Positions 58,095 to 64,000 of a stretch of DNA of 64,000 nucleotides are shown here, in pieces. Origin of the DNA: Candidatus Latescibacterota bacterium. GTDB taxonomy: Bacteria > Latescibacterota > UBA2968. Both the position numbers and the translations under genes were made by a program. The notes beneath the pieces are model-generated. The model was not told the DNA's origin, searched no databases, and saw nothing but the letters and a program-made list of their open reading frames with translations. Numbering within the stretch: the stretch's first letter is position 1; every line of letters begins with the position of its first letter. The DNA lies in contig OZ242320.1 in NCBI GenBank assembly GCA_965208125.1, positions 5,280,001-5,344,000 of the forward strand, given 5' to 3'.

Positions 58095-58873
58095 AACTAA
58101 TCCGCTTTTTTGCCCGAGAATACGCTCTTTCGGGACTGTTTATCGCCTTGCTACTCGGCTTGTGGGAAATAGTCGTGCGAAGTCTCGACATCGCCGCATT
58201 TATCCTTCCGCCACCCTCTCAAATCCTGTCCAAATTTGCCGCATCCCATCGCCTCCTGCTCTCTCACGGTCTCGTCACACTCACCGAAGCCCTCGGCGGC
58301 TTTTTCACAGGCGCATCATCGGGGCTACTGTGCGCCATTGCAATGGCTCGCTCCCGCCTGATCGAACGAATGCTCTATCCACTGGTCATCTCCACGCAGA
58401 CCTTTCCAAAAGAGGCACTGGCCCCTGTCTTTGTCATCTGGTTTGGGTTTGGCCTTTTGCCCAAAGTGATTATTGCGGGCCTCATTTCTTTTTTTCCCGT
58501 TGTGATCAACACCACCCGCGGGCTCTTATCCGTTGACAAATCCATCCTCGACTTGATGCGGTCGCTCTCGGCCAGCCAACGACAAATTTTTTTTAAAGTG
58601 CGCCTGCCCAATGCCATCCCCTATCTTTTTGCCGCACTCAAAATGTGTATCACGCTCAGCGTGATTGGCGCTGTAGTCGGTGAATTTGTCGGCTCCAGTG
58701 CGGGTTTGGGCCACCTCATTCGCCTGGCCAATTCAGAACTCGCCACTGATTTGATGTTTGCCGCTCTGCTCGCTCTCGGCTGCATGGGCACTGGCCTGTT
58801 TCTACTCGTTGATGGCCTCGAAAAAACAGCTCTGCGCCGTTGGGGTGGTGCCGTTGAAACCATAGGTCGCTAA
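58091..58873 (+). CDS. NitT/TauT-family ABC transporter permease
   Basis: 'LWE.......FILPPPS', 'P..ALAP....WFGFG..PK', 'FFPVVINT..G', 'LP.A.P', 'GAVVGEFVGS..GLG'. Confidence 0.92.
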   Translation: MKLIRFFAREYALSGLFIALLLGLWEIVVRSLDIAAFILPPPSQILSKFAASHRLLLSHGLVTLTEALGGFFTGASSGLLCAIAMARSRLIERMLYPLVISTQTFPKEALAPVFVIWFGFGLLPKVIIAGLISFFPVVINTTRGLLSVDKSILDLMRSLSASQRQIFFKVRLPNAIPYLFAALKMCITLSVIGAVVGEFVGSSAGLGHLIRLANSELATDLMFAALLALGCMGTGLFLLVDGLEKTALRRWGGAVETIGR

Positions 58874-58886
58874 AAGGAGTATTCCC

Positions 58887-59852
58887 ATGCAAAAAATATT
58901 CATCGCTCTTGCCCTCGCACTCATCACCTTGTCCTGTGCTGATACAGAAAAAACAAAAGTGCAGTTCATTCTCGACTGGAAAGCGCAGATGGAACACGCG
59001 GGCTTTTTTGTTGCTAAACAAAAGGGTTTTTATGAACAAGAGGGCCTTGAGGTCGAAATTCTCGAAGGCAGTGGTGCTCCCACTGCGGCCCGCGTCGTGG
59101 GCAATGGCACCTATAAACTCGGCGTAGCCAGCGGATCAGCAACTGTTATGGCAAGAGCACAAAACATCCCAATTGTATCGCTCGCCGTGATCAATCAACA
59201 AACCCCGGTGGTCGTTTATTCGCTCGTGGAAAAAAATATCACAACACCACAGGACCTGATCGGCAAAAGTATTGGCGTCAATATCGGCGGCACGAAACAC
59301 CGCGAATTTCAAGCCTTTTTGCGCCACCAAAATATCTCCGAAGAAGACATACAACTCATGGGCATGAGCGAATCCAGCCCAGCACCGCTACTCGCGGGTC
59401 AAGTCGATGCCATGCTCGGATACACCGAAGACCAACCCGTCACAGTCGAACTTCAGGGTCACGCGGTCAATCGCCTTGCCCTATCGGATTACGGCATAGA
59501 TGTCTATAGCACCAATATCATTGCCAACGAATCTTTTCTCAAAGAAAATCCCGATCTGGTCAAACGCTTTTTGCGGGCGAGCCTGCGCGGATGGCAACAC
59601 GCTGTCGATCATCCCGAAGATGCCGTAGCAGCCTACATGGCCGCGCGTCCCGAAAGCGACGAGGCCTTCAACCGCGCCAATTTCAAATATCTTATTCCCC
59701 TATTGCAAAGCGCCGACACACAACAACAGGGCCTGGGTGCCCAAACAAAAGCAAAATGGCAACAAACACAGGATATTCTCTACAGCCTGGACCTGATCGA
59801 CCAAAAAGTCGATCTCAATCTGCTATTTACCACAACATTTATGTCTGAGTAA
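58887..59852 (+). CDS. NMT1/THI5-like ABC substrate-binding lipoprotein
   Basis: Lipobox TLSC; 'LDW....H.GFFVA..KGFY..EGLEVEI', 'P.DL.GK.IG', 'FLRASLRGW..A..HP'. Confidence 0.9.
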   Translation: MQKIFIALALALITLSCADTEKTKVQFILDWKAQMEHAGFFVAKQKGFYEQEGLEVEILEGSGAPTAARVVGNGTYKLGVASGSATVMARAQNIPIVSLAVINQQTPVVVYSLVEKNITTPQDLIGKSIGVNIGGTKHREFQAFLRHQNISEEDIQLMGMSESSPAPLLAGQVDAMLGYTEDQPVTVELQGHAVNRLALSDYGIDVYSTNIIANESFLKENPDLVKRFLRASLRGWQHAVDHPEDAVAAYMAARPESDEAFNRANFKYLIPLLQSADTQQQGLGAQTKAKWQQTQDILYSLDLIDQKVDLNLLFTTTFMSE

Positions 59853-61236
59853 AGTCGGGCGTCAACCGAAAACCAACCGCTTGCTCATAAGCATACGCCA
59901 GGCGCAAAATTCGGGCCTCGTCATATGGCTTGCCAATAACCTGCAAACCGATGGGCAAATTCTCATCGGACCATCCACACGGAACCGATACCGCGCATAA
60001 ACCCAAAAAATTGACCAGCCGCGTCGTCAACCTTATGGGCGCGACATCCACATCTGCGATACGTGGTGCAACCGTCAACATCGTCGGACAAATCACCGCA
60101 TCCACATCTCGCAGGGTCTCGCGGGCCGAGATCCGCAACTCTTCGCGCCGCTGTAAAACCGCCGCATAATCCGGCGCAGAAAAAGACGCGCCATGTGCAA
60201 TCCGCGCTCGAATGCGAGGGTCCATCATCTCACCATGCTCTGCTATAAAATCCCCATGACACGCATACCCCTCCACGCACATAATCATCGCACTGCCGCG
60301 TCCCTCGAGCTCTTCGTCTAACTCTTCCCGCGCCTCGGAAAATTGCATTTCCACCACATCGACTCCCAATTCACACAAAATCCCTGCCGCGGCTTCTACC
60401 GAAGCAATAACCTCAGCATCTGCCCCATCGCAAAACGGATCGCGCACAAACCCAACGCGAAATCCCTTCACTTCTCGCTTTAACCCGCGTACCACATCCA
60501 CCAGCGGCTGATTTAACGTCACCGGATCAGCCGCATCAGGCCCCACAATCGCTTCAAGCACCAGCGCGGCATCTTCCACAGACCGCGCCAAAGGTCCCAT
60601 GCTATCCAGCGTCCACGAAAGCGGCATTGCACCAGCGCGGCTCACCCGCTCCAGCGTGGGTTTGAGTCCCACAATACCGCAAAACGACGCCGGGATACGA
60701 ATAGAACCACCCGTATCTGTACCCATCGCAACAGGCGCCAATCCCGCCGCCACGGCCACCCCCGACCCACTGCTCGACCCACCCGGCACGCGTTCTGATC
60801 CCCAGGGATTGGGCGGTGTACCGTAATGGGGATTCAAACCATAAGGCCCGAATGCGAGTTCCACCATATTGGTCTTGCCCATCAACACAGCACCCGCCTG
60901 CGACAGACGCTTTGCGACGGTTGCCGAATCCTCCGGCACAAATGTATCCCATACTTTTGTCCCTGAAGTCGTGCGAATACCCGCCGTGTGAAACAGATCT
61001 TTAAGCGCGATTGGAATGCCGTGCAAAGGCCCCAAATCCGATCCCGACCGCAACATCGCCTCCGCCGCCTGTGCCTCAGCGCGAGCGCGTTCTGCCGTAA
61101 TTGTAAGAAACGCCTTTGTCTGATCGCCGTACTCGTCAATGCGCTTGAGCAACGCATCCACCACCTCAACCGGCGACACTTCCCCCGCTCGATAGCACGC
61201 GCCCAATTCTGATAGGGTTGCAAAATGTATATCCAC
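59839..61236 (-). CDS. Amidase signature family enzyme
   Basis: GPLHGIPIALKD, GKTN, PGGSSSGSG, GTDTGGSIRIPASFCG, P.GLQ.IG. Confidence 0.93.
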   Translation of the reverse strand: MDIHFATLSELGACYRAGEVSPVEVVDALLKRIDEYGDQTKAFLTITAERARAEAQAAEAMLRSGSDLGPLHGIPIALKDLFHTAGIRTTSGTKVWDTFVPEDSATVAKRLSQAGAVLMGKTNMVELAFGPYGLNPHYGTPPNPWGSERVPGGSSSGSGVAVAAGLAPVAMGTDTGGSIRIPASFCGIVGLKPTLERVSRAGAMPLSWTLDSMGPLARSVEDAALVLEAIVGPDAADPVTLNQPLVDVVRGLKREVKGFRVGFVRDPFCDGADAEVIASVEAAAGILCELGVDVVEMQFSEAREELDEELEGRGSAMIMCVEGYACHGDFIAEHGEMMDPRIRARIAHGASFSAPDYAAVLQRREELRISARETLRDVDAVICPTMLTVAPRIADVDVAPIRLTTRLVNFLGLCAVSVPCGWSDENLPIGLQVIGKPYDEARILRLAYAYEQAVGFRLTPDFTQT

Positions 61237-61238
61237 AG

Positions 61239-62279
61239 TCAGACATCCTCTCCAGGCGACCACGTCACCCGCCCGGCAATCAGGTCCTCTAACAACACAA
61301 GCTCCCCACCGCGTTCGGCTGATGCATTGGCTCCCAGCACAGCCGCCAGACTGTTCAGGGCATCGCCATAAGAACTCCGCATCGCGGTGCGGTCTCCGTT
61401 GCGGATCGCATCGACAAATGCCTCTGTCTGAAACGCAAATGCATTGGGCCGATCATCCCACGCCGCGACTTCTTCACCATTCAACACGACATTTTGCGCC
61501 GACCACTCGAAAAGCGCGTCATCGGCAACCACCGTCACCTCGCGCCGCGCGTAATTCACATTGGTCAACACCCGCGATGTCGTCGCATTGGCAACCACAC
61601 CGCTCTTAAATCGATAATTCACATTATAGACATACGGCATATTGATCGGCTCTGGCCCTTCGCCTTCCGCGCGATAAAAATAAAACGCTGACACCGCCTC
61701 GATATCCCCGAGAAAAAAACGCAACAAATCGATCATGTGAATCGTATTCTCCACGTACGATCCCCCGCACAGAGCCATGCGACTCGTCCAGTATCGGACA
61801 TGCCGCCCGCTGTAAAACAACTGCACCTGTGCGTGCCGTGGCACCCGCGATTCGAGCATCGCCTTCAAATATTCAGATGAAGGATAATATCGACTCATGA
61901 ATCCCACTTGAGAAACAATACCCGCGCGGTCAATAGCCTCGCAAAACGCCACAGCCTGAGCCATATCCAAACTTTGCGGTTTCTCCACCAAAAGGGCGAT
62001 CCCCTTCTCTGCTGCGATCAACTCTGCATCTGTATGCAAAGCCGGGGGCAAACACACATAAACCCCGTCCAGTTTCTCTTTGTCAAACATCTCGCGGTGA
62101 TCCGTATAAACAGACTTCGCGCCCCACACCTTTGCCTGATCAGACACAACGCCCTGATCCACATCGCAAAATGCCTGCAATACCACCTCGCCTTTTTCGA
62201 CTAATTGGGACAGGGCTGGTAAATGTGCATTCTGTGGAATATGTCCCAATCCAATCATCCCTATGCGGACGGGTTGCAT
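61239..62279 (-). CDS. Gfo/Idh/MocA family oxidoreductase
   Basis: IGMIGLGHI, VEKP, 'VGF..RY', 'H.IDLLRFFLG'. Confidence 0.9.
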   Translation of the reverse strand: MQPVRIGMIGLGHIPQNAHLPALSQLVEKGEVVLQAFCDVDQGVVSDQAKVWGAKSVYTDHREMFDKEKLDGVYVCLPPALHTDAELIAAEKGIALLVEKPQSLDMAQAVAFCEAIDRAGIVSQVGFMSRYYPSSEYLKAMLESRVPRHAQVQLFYSGRHVRYWTSRMALCGGSYVENTIHMIDLLRFFLGDIEAVSAFYFYRAEGEGPEPINMPYVYNVNYRFKSGVVANATTSRVLTNVNYARREVTVVADDALFEWSAQNVVLNGEEVAAWDDRPNAFAFQTEAFVDAIRNGDRTAMRSSYGDALNSLAAVLGANASAERGGELVLLEDLIAGRVTWSPGEDV

Positions 62280-62282
62280 ATA

Positions 62283-63179
62283 CTATCCCTCCTCAATCTC
62301 TGCAATCAATTCACGGGATAATCTCCCACCATCCGACACACCCACACAATCCTCCAATTCATCAATATCCGATACCCCGCACAGCAACATCGACACCCGA
62401 TTGTCCGACAACAAATAGCGCAAAGCCGTGCGCGTCATGGGTTCATCTACACCTTCAACAATTTTCTCCACCCGCATTAAATTGTCATACAAATCGGCAA
62501 ATCGCCCCTGCGCTATCCACTGCCCCCTTTTTGAACCCAACAACCCCGCGTGCAATGGCGAAGCGCAAATCACGGCAACATCTTCTGATGCTGCCGTGGG
62601 AACCAATTCCTCGGTTGCTTCTCGCGTCAGCAAATCGTACTTGCAAAACGTAATCACCGAAACAAAAACATCGGTCTCTTTGAGCACCCGAGACATCAAA
62701 TCCAAATCAGAACCCGTCAGCCCAATATAATCGCAAATTCCCTGAGCCTGTATCTCCAACAACGCCTCTATAGTCCGCCCCGCATCAAACAACCCCGGCC
62801 ACCCGGCCTTTTCAGCCTCATGCACCTGCAAAAGGTGCACATGATCGCGCTTTAACCGCTTCAAACTCGCATCGAGACCGCGCCATACCGCATCGCGTGT
62901 ATAGTCAAATGGCTCGGGATAATACCCCACCTTTGTCGCCAGATAATACGGCTCTCGCACACCCGACAGCGCGACACCCAGCACCTCTTCGCTGCGCCCG
63001 CGTCCGTAAAGCGGTGCCGTATCGAAATAATTCACACCCAATTCCAGCGCCCGCTCCACCACCGCCACGCCATGCGACACCGGTTTTAGCCCCATCTCCG
63101 GACGCCCGTAGAACCACGACCCGCCAAGCCCTATCTCACTGACCTCCCATCCCGTTTTACCAAATATCCTGTATTCCAT
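62283..63179 (-). CDS. Aldo/keto reductase
   Basis: Start MEYRIFGKTGWEVSEIGLG; FDTAPLYG, SEE.LG, ATKVG, SLKRL, SPL..GLL. Confidence 0.92.
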   Translation of the reverse strand: MEYRIFGKTGWEVSEIGLGGSWFYGRPEMGLKPVSHGVAVVERALELGVNYFDTAPLYGRGRSEEVLGVALSGVREPYYLATKVGYYPEPFDYTRDAVWRGLDASLKRLKRDHVHLLQVHEAEKAGWPGLFDAGRTIEALLEIQAQGICDYIGLTGSDLDLMSRVLKETDVFVSVITFCKYDLLTREATEELVPTAASEDVAVICASPLHAGLLGSKRGQWIAQGRFADLYDNLMRVEKIVEGVDEPMTRTALRYLLSDNRVSMLLCGVSDIDELEDCVGVSDGGRLSRELIAEIEEG

Positions 63180-63184
63180 TTTAA

Positions 63185-63859
63185 TCACCGATACCATCGA
63201 CTCAACGTGACATCCGACACAGAAAACGTATAGAGAATACGCAACACCCACATCTCTGCTACAGTGCGCATAAAGCCCCACTTGCGCCATCGCCGCGTGG
63301 AGCTGCATACCTGTGCATTGAGCATCACAAATTTTCCCACACGCACTACACGCGAGCAAAACTCGGAATCCTCAAACAACTGCAAGGATGGAAATCCCCC
63401 CAAAGCGTCAAAAGTCTCTCGCCGAACATAAATTCCCTGATCGCCATAAGTAATCCCCAAATACCGGGAGCGCAATGTACTCAAAAACGCAACCAACCGA
63501 AAACCAATCGTCTTCTCCGACAACCCGAGTTGAAACCGCCCCCCTACCACACCGGACACGCGCAACGAGTCGCGTATCAACATCACTCCATCAGGAGGCA
63601 AAAACGTATCGGCGTGCAAAAACAAAAACACATCGCCCGTAGCCCTTTTCGCACCGGCATTCATTTGCAGTGCCCGCCCTGCTTTCCCTGCCTGAACCCA
63701 TTGTACATCACCACGCGCCTCAACCACTTGTTGCGTGCCATCCGTACTCCCACCATCTACCACAATCAGTTCCACATCCTCAACACCACAAAATTGAGTC
63801 AGACACGAGCCGATAACGGTCTCTTCATTTAGAACGGGAATAATCACACTGATCTGCAC
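63185..63859 (-). CDS. Family 2 glycosyltransferase (TIGR04283-like)
   Basis: SVIIPVLNEE, VDGGS.DGT, GRA.QMNAGA, FLHADT, YGDQG, GGF...L.ED, S.RRW. Confidence 0.9.
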   Translation of the reverse strand: MQISVIIPVLNEETVIGSCLTQFCGVEDVELIVVDGGSTDGTQQVVEARGDVQWVQAGKAGRALQMNAGAKRATGDVFLFLHADTFLPPDGVMLIRDSLRVSGVVGGRFQLGLSEKTIGFRLVAFLSTLRSRYLGITYGDQGIYVRRETFDALGGFPSLQLFEDSEFCSRVVRVGKFVMLNAQVCSSTRRWRKWGFMRTVAEMWVLRILYTFSVSDVTLSRWYR

Positions 63860-63869
63860 ATCGACTCCA

Positions 63870-64000
63870 CTATTTTTTTATAACATCAAAAAACTGCCGA
63901 CCATAACTAATCAGTGAAACAACGAGAAACACAACACTCAGGCCAATCAGCGCGGGCTTGAGCACATCGGCATCCCATAAATAGGCCAAAAGCAACCCAC
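63870..64000 (-). CDS. 3' end of a membrane protein, truncated by window edge
   Basis: Open hydrophobic frame ...GLLLAYLWDADVLKPALIGLSVVFLVVSLISYGRQFFDVIKK*, ending just upstream of the glycosyltransferase gene. Confidence 0.5.
   Translation of the reverse strand, partial: GLLLAYLWDADVLKPALIGLSVVFLVVSLISYGRQFFDVIKK

Noticed and set aside
59839-61236. Calling the amidase gatA
   Set aside because: No gatB/gatC neighbours, and only generic amidase-signature motifs.

Overview
A 64 kb, gene-dense bacterial chromosomal segment of roughly 50% GC. It holds about 55 CDSs and 3 tRNAs (fMet-CAT, His-GTG, Arg-TCT). I found no rRNA, CRISPR array, integrase or transposase. Housekeeping genes include an rnhB fused to a YraN-like domain, hisS-aspS, a phoH/7TM-HD (PgpH-like)/ybeY/CBS-CorC operon and nrdR. 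These alternate with transport and catabolic blocks: a peptide-type ABC importer, a heterodimeric ABC exporter, a BNR-4/aldolase/two-sulfatase/PhyH/SDR/sugar-ABC cluster, HOT plus a sodium:solute symporter, an ABC-DUF1854-RND block, a NitT/TauT-type importer led by a LecA-like lectin, and a glycosyltransferase/oxidoreductase/amidase operon. The EF-hand/dockerin-like 'DFDGD..VGF.DFL.FA..FG' tail and the sulfatase/PhyH content suggest a Latescibacterota-like (FCB-group) organism; this is inference. Best leads: the RNase HII-YraN fusion; a LecA-like lectin coupled to an ABC importer with no local ATPase; a small coiled-coil lipoprotein plus double-LysM pair (possible Lpp analogue); the DUF1854/zinc-ribbon ABC/atypical RND block; tandem NrdR boxes over the nrdR promoter; a sigma-54 promoter with enhancer-like sites; a 13-Cys orphan protein; and several dispersed short-repeat families. 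All family calls come from motif recognition, with no database searches run.
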